From assembly GCA_018651605.1 (NCBI GenBank), contig JABIDS010000009.1, positions 19,966-83,965 on the forward strand: a stretch of 64,000 bases of DNA, read 5' to 3'. The translations under genes and the position numbers were made by a program. The stretch is from an archaeon (GTDB lineage Archaea; Nanobdellota; Nanobdellia; Pacearchaeales; GW2011-AR1). The notes under the pieces are model-generated. The model saw only the letters and a program-made list of their open reading frames with translations, was not told the origin of the DNA and did not search any database. Of this stretch, positions 39,396-49,208 are shown in pieces. Numbering within the stretch: the first letter of the stretch is position 1; each line of letters starts with the position of its first letter.

Positions 39396-40217
39396 ATGAC
39401 ATATGTAATAAAATCTACAGGTGAGAAAGAGAGGTTTGATAGGAATAAAGTTCGGAAGAGTATTCTTCATGCTGGGGCATCTCCGGAGTTGGTTGATAAG
39501 GTTTTGGGTGTGATTGATAAGAAGAGATATGATGAGATTCCGACTGAAAAGATTTTGGATATTGTTTTGAAGTCTTTGGCACGGAATAAGGGGATTGCAG
39601 ATAGATATGATTTGAAGAGGGCGATTATGCAGTTGGGGCCTTCAGGTTTTCCGTTTGAGAGATTTTTTGCAATGGTTTTAAAGAATTATGGATATGATGT
39701 GAAGGTTGGGAGTGTGTTGAAGGGGAAAAATATAACTCATGAGATTGATGTTTTTGCTAAAGGTAAGAATGGTTCTTTTATGGTTGAATGTAAATATCAT
39801 AATAAATGGGGGATTCATACTAAGGTTAAGATTCCGCTTTATGTTTATGCTCGGTTTCTTGATTTGAAGAAATATTTTGATGAGCCTTGGATTGTTACTA
39901 ATACTAAATGTACCCCTGATGCTTTGAATTATGCTAGAGGTGTTAAGATGAAAGTTACTTCTTGGAATTATCCTAAGGGAAGTAGTTTGAGGGATTTAAT
40001 TGAAGGTAAGAAACTTTATCCTATTAGTGTTCTTCGTGGGGTTAGTGTTAGGACTAAAGAAAAGTTATTTGAGTCTGATATTTTTTTAGTTAAGACTTTG
40101 GTTGATTTAGATATTTATGAGTTGAAGAAGAAGACTAAATTTAGTAAGAGATATTTGAGAAGGATTATTGGGGAGGCTAAGGATGTGTTGGGTGTTGGGG
40201 TTGTGAAGGTTGGTTAG
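39396..40217 (+). CDS. ATP-cone plus Mrr-like PD-(D/E)xK nuclease domain protein
   Basis: YVIKSTGEKERFD ATP-cone start; GFPFE, HEIDV, VECK; SD GGTGA. Confidence 0.85.
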   Translation: MTYVIKSTGEKERFDRNKVRKSILHAGASPELVDKVLGVIDKKRYDEIPTEKILDIVLKSLARNKGIADRYDLKRAIMQLGPSGFPFERFFAMVLKNYGYDVKVGSVLKGKNITHEIDVFAKGKNGSFMVECKYHNKWGIHTKVKIPLYVYARFLDLKKYFDEPWIVTNTKCTPDALNYARGVKMKVTSWNYPKGSSLRDLIEGKKLYPISVLRGVSVRTKEKLFESDIFLVKTLVDLDIYELKKKTKFSKRYLRRIIGEAKDVLGVGVVKVG

Positions 40218-40273
40218 TAGTGTAGTTATATCATTACAATAATCCTTAAAACCTATTATAACTTTTTTAAAGT

Positions 40274-41032
40274 ATGGATAATATAGAATCTCAAACTAAG
40301 GCTGTTACAAATAAAATTACAACTGGAAGTCAGGATTTAAACATTTTTCTTCAAGGAGGTTATGAGAAAGGAATAATAACTTTACTTTATGGTCCTGCGG
40401 CCTCTGGAAAATCAAACATTGTAACATTGGCTGCATGTAATCAAGCTAAAAAAGATAAAAAGATAATCTTCATAGACACAGAAGGAAGTTTTTCAGTTGA
40501 TAGAGTTAATCAGATGTCAAATAATTTGCCAGAACAAATTTTAAAAAATATTATAATTCTTAAGCCAACTAATTTTAAGGAGCAACAAAATTCTTTTATA
40601 ACTTTAGCAAATGAATTAAAAAAATCAGAAAATATTGGGTTGATAATTGTGGATAGTATAACTATGCTTTATAGATTGGAATTTGCAGAAGCAAGAAAAA
40701 AGGGTTTGGAAGAAATACAAAATATAAATAGTGATTTGGCTAGGCAGATGAAGGCACTTTATGAAGTTGCGAGAAAACGAGATATTGCAGTTTTAGTAAC
40801 CTCTCAGATATATTCAGGATATCTTAGTGAAGAAGATTGGCCTGCAGGAAAGCAGGCTAAAACAAATGTTGTTGGCGGGGATATATTGAAGTATTGGAGT
40901 AAATGTATAATTGAATTGGAAAATAAAAATGGGCGGAAAAAAGCGATTATTCAGAAACATCGTTCATTGCCTGAGAAAACTTTGAACTTTGAGATTGTTA
41001 ATGAGGGTGTGCAGAAAAGGGGTTGGTTGTGA
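40274..41032 (+). CDS. radB: DNA repair protein RadB
   Basis: GPAASGKS, IDTE, IVDS, KHRS; no N-terminal RadA domain. Confidence 0.9.
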   Translation: MDNIESQTKAVTNKITTGSQDLNIFLQGGYEKGIITLLYGPAASGKSNIVTLAACNQAKKDKKIIFIDTEGSFSVDRVNQMSNNLPEQILKNIIILKPTNFKEQQNSFITLANELKKSENIGLIIVDSITMLYRLEFAEARKKGLEEIQNINSDLARQMKALYEVARKRDIAVLVTSQIYSGYLSEEDWPAGKQAKTNVVGGDILKYWSKCIIELENKNGRKKAIIQKHRSLPEKTLNFEIVNEGVQKRGWL

Positions 41033-41053
41033 ATTGTTACATGGGCTGGAGGG

Positions 41054-41143
41054 TTATTGCTGGCTCCCGAGTCCGACTTCGTCAGGACTCTCCACCTTGC
41101 ATATTGAAATTGTGAATATTTTATCGTGAGGTTATGATAGATT
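41054..41143 (+). repeat. Dispersed palindromic element, subtype B
   Basis: gagtccgacttcgtcaggactc hairpin, then ttgca…gtgaatattttatcgtgaggttatga. Confidence 0.75.
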
Positions 41144-41351
41144 GATTTTTTAGAAAGAACTTTTAGGAAATGATTTATTTAGACTATTCACTATTTTTTC
41201 TGCACTTTGCTGTGAAAGATTTGTTTTTAGAATTTTAATATGATTCATAAGATCTCTAGAACCATCATAAAAACTCTTCTTAGCATATCCATATTCTCCT
41301 TTTTCATCGGCATAGATTAAGTAATCATTAGTTGTAATTTTATTTTTAGAA

Positions 41352-41753
41352 TTATTTTTTATCTAATGTATTTTCTAAAACATCATTTAATGGAGCTGTT
41401 TGAATTTCAGTTATTTTTTCTAAATAAGAATCAAATTTTAGTTGTGCTTTTTCTAAAATTTCTTTGCAAACTGGATTTGAAGAATCTGCACTGTATCTTG
41501 TTGTATTTTCTTCAACAGTTATTTCTATATACTCTAACGTTAAATCTTTTCCAGAACGATAGGAAATTATATTTCCATCTTCTTTAGTAGTTTTTAAGAA
41601 AGTATATCCAGAATCGGTACTAGAACAATTAATCTCTTCTCCTTCAATTTCTCCCTTAAAATGATATTCTAGATGATTTGAACTACATCCTGTTATACCT
41701 AAAACTAATGCTCCTGTTAATGCGAGTTTTCTTAAATTTCTTTTAAATTTCAT
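41352..41753 (-). CDS. Putative lipoprotein
   Basis: Basic N-terminus, hydrophobic stretch and ITGC lipobox-like motif. Confidence 0.7.
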   Translation of the reverse strand: MKFKRNLRKLALTGALVLGITGCSSNHLEYHFKGEIEGEEINCSSTDSGYTFLKTTKEDGNIISYRSGKDLTLEYIEITVEENTTRYSADSSNPVCKEILEKAQLKFDSYLEKITEIQTAPLNDVLENTLDKK

Positions 41754-41816
41754 ATAATTAGTTATTGAGATTGGCTTTATAAGTTTTTATATAATTATTT
41801 ATCTATTAGAATTTTA

Positions 41817-42080
41817 TTATTTAGCTTTCTTAAATTCGTCTGAATATTTCTTTAAGTCTTTTTGTGCCTTAGCAATCGCGTCTTGTAGGGCTTTTTTTGC
41901 AGATTTTCCATCTGTTGTTATCTTTAGTGTTAGTGGTTTACTATAGTGTTCTTTTTTCCAGACACCTAATTTTACTGCGCTGTCTTGATTTAAGTAAACT
42001 CTAACTATCTCTGCGATTGTTTGATTATCTATCAAAACTTCTAATTCATTTTTTGTGTCTTTTGTTATTGTTACTTCCAT
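41817..42080 (-). CDS. rpoL: RNA polymerase subunit L (Rpo11)
   Basis: Size and pattern (ELEVLIDNQT…YL…EH…P…I.T…KKALQDA). Confidence 0.75.
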   Translation of the reverse strand: MEVTITKDTKNELEVLIDNQTIAEIVRVYLNQDSAVKLGVWKKEHYSKPLTLKITTDGKSAKKALQDAIAKAQKDLKKYSDEFKKAK

Positions 42081-42142
42081 TTGTTGTTCCTAGAATTTAG
42101 AGAAAATGAGGGTTTAAAAGAGTTTGGGTTTGAGAAATAGGA

Positions 42143-43408
42143 TTATATCAACTCTCTATCAAACTCATCGATTGATTCTGAATCTTCTATTCTTTTATTG
42201 TTATTTTTGCCTAGAAGTTCGCTTCCGCCTAAAAATTGATCTATGTCTTGAGATTCTTTCTTTTTTCTTGATTCAAGTTCTTGTTTTCTTTGTTGGGCTA
42301 ATTGTTGGTTTTGTTGTTCTTGTCTTTGTTTTTCTTGAAGTTCTTGTTGTTGCTGTTGTTCTTGTTTTATTCTGTCTTGTTCTCTTAATGCTTCCATGAT
42401 TCTTTGTCGCTCTTCTATCTTTTGTTGTTCTTCTATTCTTTCTTGTCTTGTGACTTCGACTTTTTTTCTGTGCATGTCTTTTAATTGGTTTATTGTTACC
42501 TTGTCTCTGTTAATTTTTCGTAAGTCTAGGTCTTGTGTTTGTTGTTGTGGTTGTGGGGTTTGTTGTTGATTTTGGATATCTGTTTGAGGTTCAACTTTAC
42601 ATTCTACAACTGCTTGATTATCTATTAGCGGTGTTTCTGAATTTTCTTTGAGTTCTACTTTGCAATGAACTTCGGGTTTTTTAACAATTGGATAATATTT
42701 TTGTTGGAATGGATCATTTGTTTCATCATGGTGTTCAGGGTAATTTTGTTTTATTCTTTCTAGTTCTTTGCTTTCTGAGAATGAATTTATTTGGTTGGTT
42801 GGTTGTGACTCTTCATTTTCTTCTGGTTCTATGAAAACTTGTTCTGGTTCTGGTATTGTTTCTATTGGTTGTCCATTTTCGTTTAGAAGTAGGGGTTGTT
42901 TTTGTTTTTCTTGCATGTATTTTTCCATTTCAGTTATCTTTCTTAATTTCATTTGGAAAAATTGTTCTAATTTTTTTATTAATCTTTCGGTGTTCTCTGG
43001 GGGTTTATTTTTTTCAATCATTTGGATTGCGATTTCTGATTCTCCTAATGCTTTTGCTAGTTGTTGTTGAGTTAATCCTTTTCTTCTTCTGTTTTTCATT
43101 ATCATCCAATGGTAATGTTCGATTAGATTTAATTGTTCTTCTTCTGGTTGTTCTCTTTCGGGATTTTGTTCTAATTCTTCTAACTCGTTATTTATGAAGA
43201 AGGTGTTTTCTTGATCTGTTGGAGTGGTTTTTCTTATTGTAGGGTTGTTTTCTGATTCTTTTAGTTGACTTGTGTTGGGTTTTTTGATTATTGGGATATT
43301 TTCTATAATTGCGCAACGCTCACATAATGAATCCATTCTTCCTTCATAAATAGCGTCGAAAAGTCTTATCTCGTTTTCATTTACATCACATCTTACACAT
43401 CTTTCCAT
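42143..43408 (-). CDS. aMBF1-like Zn-ribbon plus Cro/C1 HTH protein with long Gln/Glu-rich tail
   Basis: CVRC…CERC; RRRKGLTQQQLAKALGES…IEK…LE. Confidence 0.75.
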   Translation of the reverse strand: MERCVRCDVNENEIRLFDAIYEGRMDSLCERCAIIENIPIIKKPNTSQLKESENNPTIRKTTPTDQENTFFINNELEELEQNPEREQPEEEQLNLIEHYHWMIMKNRRRKGLTQQQLAKALGESEIAIQMIEKNKPPENTERLIKKLEQFFQMKLRKITEMEKYMQEKQKQPLLLNENGQPIETIPEPEQVFIEPEENEESQPTNQINSFSESKELERIKQNYPEHHDETNDPFQQKYYPIVKKPEVHCKVELKENSETPLIDNQAVVECKVEPQTDIQNQQQTPQPQQQTQDLDLRKINRDKVTINQLKDMHRKKVEVTRQERIEEQQKIEERQRIMEALREQDRIKQEQQQQQELQEKQRQEQQNQQLAQQRKQELESRKKKESQDIDQFLGGSELLGKNNNKRIEDSESIDEFDRELI

Positions 43409-43475
43409 TGTTATGGGTGGTAGGGGTGGTTTTTATTGTTAGTGGTTGTTGGATGTATATAAAAAAATTGATGGA

Positions 43476-44186
43476 TTACAACCTAATAACATTATCATCA
43501 TAATCTTTGTTAGATTCCTTGTTTTCTAAATATTTTTCAATTTGGTTGATGTTTTCTGGGTTTTCTAGTTTATCTTTATTATTTATGATTATTGTTGGTG
43601 AGGTTTTTATGTTGTATTTATCTGTTAGTTGTTGGATTATGTTTGTATCTAAGTTTATATCAAATGAATATATGATAAGGTTTTTGTTTCTTTGGCTTAG
43701 GGTTCCTAATAATCTTCCCGTATCTTCGCTTTTTCCTAAATCTGTTTTTTTGTTTGAATAAAAGAAAAGGATTGTTTGTATGTTGTTGTTTTGGTTATTG
43801 TTGCATTCTTTGTTTATCTGATTGATGAATTCAAAATGTTCTAATTCTACAAGATTATAGAAGTCTTTTCTGAATAGGACATCTTTGTTGTCTTTGCCGA
43901 ATTTTCTTTCTAAGTCATCGATGATTCTTCCTTGAAATCCTAGATCTTCTGAGATTTCTCTGAATGTGCTTTGTGCGCAGATGTCTTTATTGAAGAGGGT
44001 GTGTTCAAGTTTGTCATAGAAAATGCTGTAACTTGTTATATCTTGGAAGTTTGAGATTCTCTGGAATTCTATGTAGGAGATAGAATAGGTTATGCTGAAT
44101 CCGAGGATGAATATTAATGTGCCTATTATGAATGCGAAGAGGTATCTTTTTTTGCTTTGAATCGGTCTTTTAGTTTCTTTTTTCAT
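43476..44186 (-). CDS. Membrane-anchored protein with C-terminal thioredoxin-like fold
   Basis: N-terminal TM; ILFFYS…YSFD…YNIKTSPTIIIN. Confidence 0.65.
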   Translation of the reverse strand: MKKETKRPIQSKKRYLFAFIIGTLIFILGFSITYSISYIEFQRISNFQDITSYSIFYDKLEHTLFNKDICAQSTFREISEDLGFQGRIIDDLERKFGKDNKDVLFRKDFYNLVELEHFEFINQINKECNNNQNNNIQTILFFYSNKKTDLGKSEDTGRLLGTLSQRNKNLIIYSFDINLDTNIIQQLTDKYNIKTSPTIIINNKDKLENPENINQIEKYLENKESNKDYDDNVIRL

Positions 44187-44241
44187 TTGTTATCTTTGTT
44201 GTTTTTCTTTATATAAATTATTGTGCTGTGGTTGAGTTGGG

Positions 44242-45501
44242 TTATTTCCAGCTAACTTTTCCTCCATTGAAAATCATATAAAATAGTGAGACTATCCACC
44301 AGAATCCGAATAATACTGCGAAGAATATAAAGAATAATGGAAGGTTGATTGCTAATCCTGAGACTTTTCCTAATTTTTTTGATGCATAGAAAAGATAGGC
44401 TAGAATTATTAAAATGAAGATTATGATGAATATGAAAATTGTGTTTGTGAATAGTAGGAATGCGAGTCTTTCCCAGAAGTAGTAATTTATGTTCAGAAGG
44501 TTTCCTAAGTCGAAGTTAATGCTCTTTAGGAAGTTTATTTCTTTTCCAATGTCTAGGATTGTTTTTATGAAGAAAAATAATGTGATGAATACTGCGAAGA
44601 ATATGCTTATCCATGCGATTGGTAGAACGAAGATTCCCATGTCTCCGTAATCTTTGCTGAATAGTTTTTTGTATTTCCGCATGTTTTTCATTAGTCCGAT
44701 GTACCATCTTCTCCTTTGTTTTAGTAGGTGGGAGAATTTGTTGGGGGCTATTGTGTAGGCAGGGGATTCTGGAGAGTTTTCAATTTTGTATTGATAATAT
44801 TGGATTCTCATTGCTAATTCTAAATCTTCTGTTATGTTTTCTGTTTCATATCCTCCATGTTCTTTAAAGAAACTTGCTCGATATGCTGAAAATGCTCCAG
44901 GAGTTATGTGAATTGCGTTTAGGATTGCAAAAGTTTTTCTTAAGAACAAACCTATTACATATTCAATGTATTGAACTCTTTGAAGGATGTTTTTTGGTTT
45001 GTGTATAACAATTGCTGGAGAGACGCTCATTATTTGAGGGTCTTTGAAATATTTTACCATGTTTTTTAAACTGTATGGTTCAACAAAAGTATCTGCATCC
45101 ATGCTTACTATTATTTCACCTTTGGCTTGAGAGATTCCTAGATTTAGTGCGTATCCTTTTCCTTGTTGTTTTTCTGTGAAAATTTTTATTTTATTTTTTC
45201 CTTTAAAATCTTTTTTGAATTCTTTTGCTAACTTTAATGTTTGGTCTGTGCTTGAATTATCTATTACAATTATTTCTAGTTTTTCTTCTGGGTAATCTGA
45301 TTCTAGAATTGATTGCATGGTTGCCTTTATGCTTTTTTCTTCGTTGTATGCAGGGATTAGTATGGTTACTGTTGGGGATTGTTTGTTTGTGTATGGTTTT
45401 TGTTTTAGATTTATTGCTGAAATGTAAGTGAGGACATAGAATGAGGTTGCTATGAGTCCTAGGTAAATCGAGGTGTATATTATTAGGGTTATGAATGTCA
45501 T
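44242..45501 (-). CDS. Processive GT2 glycosyltransferase (CesA/PgaC-like)
   Basis: IPAYNEE, DAD, TED, QRRRW; several TMs. Confidence 0.92.
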   Translation of the reverse strand: MTFITLIIYTSIYLGLIATSFYVLTYISAINLKQKPYTNKQSPTVTILIPAYNEEKSIKATMQSILESDYPEEKLEIIVIDNSSTDQTLKLAKEFKKDFKGKNKIKIFTEKQQGKGYALNLGISQAKGEIIVSMDADTFVEPYSLKNMVKYFKDPQIMSVSPAIVIHKPKNILQRVQYIEYVIGLFLRKTFAILNAIHITPGAFSAYRASFFKEHGGYETENITEDLELAMRIQYYQYKIENSPESPAYTIAPNKFSHLLKQRRRWYIGLMKNMRKYKKLFSKDYGDMGIFVLPIAWISIFFAVFITLFFFIKTILDIGKEINFLKSINFDLGNLLNINYYFWERLAFLLFTNTIFIFIIIFILIILAYLFYASKKLGKVSGLAINLPLFFIFFAVLFGFWWIVSLFYMIFNGGKVSWK

Positions 45502-45542
45502 TATTTAATCTAGGTGGTTGTGTTTTAAAGGATTGTGGGGGT

Positions 45543-45640
45543 GGGGTTGTGTCGCTCTCGCGCCTGGACAAGTCCAAGGCGCTCCGCTATTGTATACTGA
45601 AATCTTGTTAAAGTGTATCTTTATGGAGATGAGTTTTCTT
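45543..45640 (+). repeat. Dispersed palindromic element, subtype D
   Basis: gtcgctctcgc-gcctggacaagtccaaggc-gctccgct…tgttaaag…gagatgagttttc. Confidence 0.75.
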
Positions 45641-45705
45641 TTGTTGATTATATGTTTGTTATACAAATATTTTTAAAGTGATTGTATTAGGGAATTACAT
45701 ATACT

Positions 45706-46098
45706 ATGGAAAATTTATCTCCTGAACAAATTCAATATATTAGAAGTAAGGGTTTTATGATGAAAAAATGTTCTTCTGTTAAAAATCGTTTGTCCTATTT
45801 AGCTTTGGGTGGGAAATTGGAGGAAGTTGGTGAAATGGGAATTGTTTATCAGCCTTTTGGAAGTTTTGTATGTTATGGTACAATGTATATTCATGGGGAG
45901 AAACCAATGACTTCTATAGATGAACTTGTAAACTTAATTGAAACTACTGTAACTAATCCTGTTGCTGTTCAGAGTGAATTCCTTCGTGCAGTTCAGTTTG
46001 AATCAGTGAAAAAAGCTATGGAGAGTCCTATTAAAATAAATGTAAATCATGGGTCTTGGAGAGAAGTTGCAGAAGCACTTATGGATAAATATAGTTAA
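45706..46098 (+). CDS. Hypothetical protein
   Basis: 130-aa ORF with its own TATA-like box. Confidence 0.65.
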   Translation: MENLSPEQIQYIRSKGFMMKKCSSVKNRLSYLALGGKLEEVGEMGIVYQPFGSFVCYGTMYIHGEKPMTSIDELVNLIETTVTNPVAVQSEFLRAVQFESVKKAMESPIKINVNHGSWREVAEALMDKYS

Positions 46099-46114
46099 TT
46101 ATTGGTTTTGGTTT

Positions 46115-46933
46115 TTATTCATCTTCGTTTTCATCATCATCCTCAGGAACTATTTCGCTTGTTCCATCTGCTTTTTTTTGTAAGTGGAAATAGTCGAAGA
46201 AGTTGTCGCTTAATTTTAGTTCTTTGGTGTGTCCGATTCTTTTTGCTATTACTAATCCTGTTTCTATGAAATGTTTGATGTGTTCGTATGCTTTGTTTCC
46301 TCTGATGTTTATTATTACTGATTGTTTTACTGGTTGTTTGTATGCAAGGACTGCGAGTGTTTCTTGTTCGGCTTTTGTGAATTCTACGTTTCCTGTTGCG
46401 AGTTTGTTGATTAGTCCGATATATTCTTCTTTGACATCCATTTTGTATTTGTTTTTTTTGTTTACAATTTGGATTGAAGAGGTGTTTTGTGAGTATTGGT
46501 TTGTGAGTTTTTCTAGAAGTTCTCTTAGCATTAATGGATTAATGTCTGTTAGCATGATTAGTTCTTGTATTGTAAGGTAACGAGCTGAGAGAAAAAGTGC
46601 GGCTTCTATTTTCTTTAGGTTTTCTGTTTGGTCGAGTTGGTCGAGTTCTTGAGCTGTGGTGGAGGTGAGATGTTCTGAAGTTGTTGGTGAAGGGGTTATG
46701 GGGGTTGATGGTAAAGGGGTTATGTGGGTTTTTGAGGTTGATGGTGAAGGGGTTATGGGGGTTGATGGTAAAGGGGTTATGTGGGTTGCGTCGCTCTCGC
46801 CGATGACTTCGTCAATCGGCTCCGCTGTTGCAGTCTTAGTATCTGTTAGATTTTTATCGTTTTGTTGGTGGGTTTCTTTTGTTTGTTGATTTAGGGGATT
46901 TTCTTTTGGGGGGTTATTCTCTTCTTTTTCCAT
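46115..46933 (-). CDS. scpB: SMC segregation/condensation protein ScpB with low-complexity N-terminal extension
   Basis: IEAALF, ETLAVLAYKQP, IRG, F…F motifs. Confidence 0.9.
   Translation of the reverse strand: MEKEENNPPKENPLNQQTKETHQQNDKNLTDTKTATAEPIDEVIGESDATHITPLPSTPITPSPSTSKTHITPLPSTPITPSPTTSEHLTSTTAQELDQLDQTENLKKIEAALFLSARYLTIQELIMLTDINPLMLRELLEKLTNQYSQNTSSIQIVNKKNKYKMDVKEEYIGLINKLATGNVEFTKAEQETLAVLAYKQPVKQSVIINIRGNKAYEHIKHFIETGLVIAKRIGHTKELKLSDNFFDYFHLQKKADGTSEIVPEDDDENEDE
46685..46787 (+). repeat. Tandem repeat (46-bp identical core, 57-bp period) inside scpB
   Basis: Encodes THITPLPSTPITPSP twice. Confidence 0.9.
46783..46860 (+). repeat. Subtype-D palindromic element inside the scpB coding frame
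   Basis: gtcgctctcgc-cgatgacttcgtcaatcg-gctccgctgttgcagtcttag…tgttagatttttatcg. Confidence 0.75.
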
Positions 46934-47012
46934 GATAGAATTAGTGAGATGGAAGTTTTAAAGGTTTTGTAATTCAGAGAAAAAGTAAACTTCTGCTTTC
47001 TAATCAAAGGAC

Positions 47013-47198
47013 TCATTTTGCTCGCCGTTTTTCTGATATTGCTCTGTCTGTCAATACTTGATAGTGTGGACATTTTTGGCCATTTTTATGACAGATATTT
47101 TCTAAATATGCTGGGGTTAATGCTTGTTGTTGTTTGTATCTTTCTAAATTGTAGTATAGTCCGCATGTTTTATCTCTAATGTAAGGGCATTTAGTCAT
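47013..47198 (-). CDS. Small Cys-containing hypothetical protein
   Basis: CPY…C…C…CP pattern; TTTAAATA box upstream. Confidence 0.6.
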   Translation of the reverse strand: MTKCPYIRDKTCGLYYNLERYKQQQALTPAYLENICHKNGQKCPHYQVLTDRAISEKRRAK

Positions 47199-47399
47199 TG
47201 ATTTGTTTTGAGAATTAGTTATTTAAAGATTTGTGTGATTATTTTATTTTAGAGTCTAAAGTTATCTATCAAATTACTTCCTAAATTGGATAGCAAAATG
47301 TGTCATATAGTTTATATCAAATTTTGATACAACATTAATAATTAATTAATATAGATAATAGATAACAATAATATTTTTAAATTGTATATATTAAAAAAA

Positions 47400-47990
47400 A
47401 TGATGGGCCTTCAAGATATATTTGATACAGGAAGGGATGCAAAATTACAAGCTTATTCTAGAGTTCCAATTGAAATTGACAATAGTTGGTATTTGGGAGA
47501 TCATGTAATAATTAATGGGGATGATAGAGGATTTAGAATTGCACTATATCCTAAAGGAGAATTAAGGACTGATGAAAGACCTCTTTTTTTAGGAAGAGAA
47601 CATAATGTAAGCAATCCAGAATTTTTTCTTCTAACAACATTTTCGACTGCTGATCCTGATGATGGATATACTCACAAGGAATATAATGTTTATACTGGAA
47701 GTGCCCCAATTTTAAAAAGAGGTAGTCATGTTAATTCAGGATTTGTTGAAGAAGAAATTCCTGAATTGAAAAATTTAAATACTATGGGCAAGGTAATTCC
47801 AGGTTATCAAACAGGAGTGGCAAAGATGTTTAAAATTAGTTTTTTCCCTTTTGAAAATGATGTGAGAAATTACGAAAAACAATCGGATATTTATATTCTG
47901 GGGTCAGAAGAAGAGCCATCTAGAGTTCTTGATGGAGATCCTAGTAGGTTCACAAAAATTCTAGATAATTTATTTTTTGAATTGGATTAA
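47400..47990 (+). CDS. Hypothetical protein (ORFan-like)
   Basis: A-rich ORF; ATG ~47400 follows a TTTTTAAA box. Confidence 0.7.
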   Translation: MMGLQDIFDTGRDAKLQAYSRVPIEIDNSWYLGDHVIINGDDRGFRIALYPKGELRTDERPLFLGREHNVSNPEFFLLTTFSTADPDDGYTHKEYNVYTGSAPILKRGSHVNSGFVEEEIPELKNLNTMGKVIPGYQTGVAKMFKISFFPFENDVRNYEKQSDIYILGSEEEPSRVLDGDPSRFTKILDNLFFELD

Positions 47991-48035
47991 TGCCAGCATT
48001 TTATTAACTATTAAGTATAATTATATCTAGAATGA

Positions 48036-49133
48036 TTATCCAACCTTAAATCTTAATATTGCGCCTATCCCACTTAAATTCCAGAATTGTTCACCTTCTT
48101 CGGTTTCTATGGAAACCATTTCAATCTCTACTCCTGTTTCACTTGCTTTTTTTTCAAATGCTTTTATTTCTGATTTTTTTAGTTTTTTACTTAAGAAGAG
48201 TTTGTCAACTGCCCCTAAGGTTAGGGCTTTTTCTACTGGTTCTTTGCCGTAGGCTGTTTTATCTTTTTCTTTTCCTAGCATGTTGAAGAATTTTTCCATT
48301 AGTTTTTTTTCTCTTATTATTTCTTGTTCTGCTAATAGGTCTCCTGATGTTTCTACTAGGAGTTCTAGTCCGTGTTCGTCTGCATATCCTATATCTTTTA
48401 CCCCTAAGACTAAATCTTGTAGGGCAGTTATCATGTTTCCTTGTTTTAGGAAATCTTCTTTTGTTGGACCTGGGCCTCCGACTAATATTCCTTTTAGGTT
48501 TTTTAAACCATAGAATTCTAATTTTACAGCTTCTGCGACTTTTCTGAAGAATTCTTTTGCTAGTCCTTCCCTTATTCTTCCATAACGTGCTGAGGACTGT
48601 CCACCTTTTGTTGTTTTTCCTGGAACGAATGAGTCGAAGTGTTGTAGCATTTTTATTTTTTTACCTATTAATAATCCAAATGCTGCTTCTTTTCTGTCAA
48701 TTACAATTAATCCGTAGATTTCTTTTACTTCTAGCATTTCTTCTAATGGTTCAATTACAAAAGTTTGATCACATCGGTATAAACGTGCATTTAATTCTTC
48801 TGGGGGTTCGAATACTTCTACTATGAATTCATCTTCTCCTTTTTCTTGTGGGACTTTTCCTGCAAATAATCCTAGTCCGTTTGGTGGTGCTTGTCTCATT
48901 TGTTTACAGATTCTTACTAATGATTCTAATGCGTCTTGAACGTTTTTTCTTGTTGCTGTTGATTTAATGTTTGATGCTGTTGAACGTTCTGCTTCTAATT
49001 GTTTTGTTATGAGATTTATATCAAATCCTGCTGGAACTAAGACTGTGATTAGTTCTGTATGTCTTGCTTTTAGAGGTTTCATTTTTTCAATGAATTCTTC
49101 TAAATTGTCTCGTTGTTTTGCGTCCATTGCCAT
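48036..49133 (-). CDS. prf1: Peptide chain release factor aRF1
   Basis: ASNIKS, YRCD, KGGQS, GIGAILRF. Confidence 0.96.
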   Translation of the reverse strand: MAMDAKQRDNLEEFIEKMKPLKARHTELITVLVPAGFDINLITKQLEAERSTASNIKSTATRKNVQDALESLVRICKQMRQAPPNGLGLFAGKVPQEKGEDEFIVEVFEPPEELNARLYRCDQTFVIEPLEEMLEVKEIYGLIVIDRKEAAFGLLIGKKIKMLQHFDSFVPGKTTKGGQSSARYGRIREGLAKEFFRKVAEAVKLEFYGLKNLKGILVGGPGPTKEDFLKQGNMITALQDLVLGVKDIGYADEHGLELLVETSGDLLAEQEIIREKKLMEKFFNMLGKEKDKTAYGKEPVEKALTLGAVDKLFLSKKLKKSEIKAFEKKASETGVEIEMVSIETEEGEQFWNLSGIGAILRFKVG

Positions 49134-49208
49134 GTTAAGAAGTAGGTTGGTGTGTTTTTAATTGTTTTGATTAATTGAATCCTTTTTGTCTATTAATCAT
49201 AATATATC

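Noticed and set aside
41152..41350. Programmed frameshift extension of the lipoprotein (open minus-strand frame NSKNKITT…PKSSF)
   Set aside because: No start codon or convincing slippery-site structure; more likely a gene remnant, so not called
47266..47329. dif/Xer site, or a third copy of the tRNA-Lys junction repeat (tgtgtcatata; palindrome tatcaaattttgata)
   Set aside because: Only an 11-bp match in AT-rich DNA, no 11-6-11 dif geometry and no skew switch here
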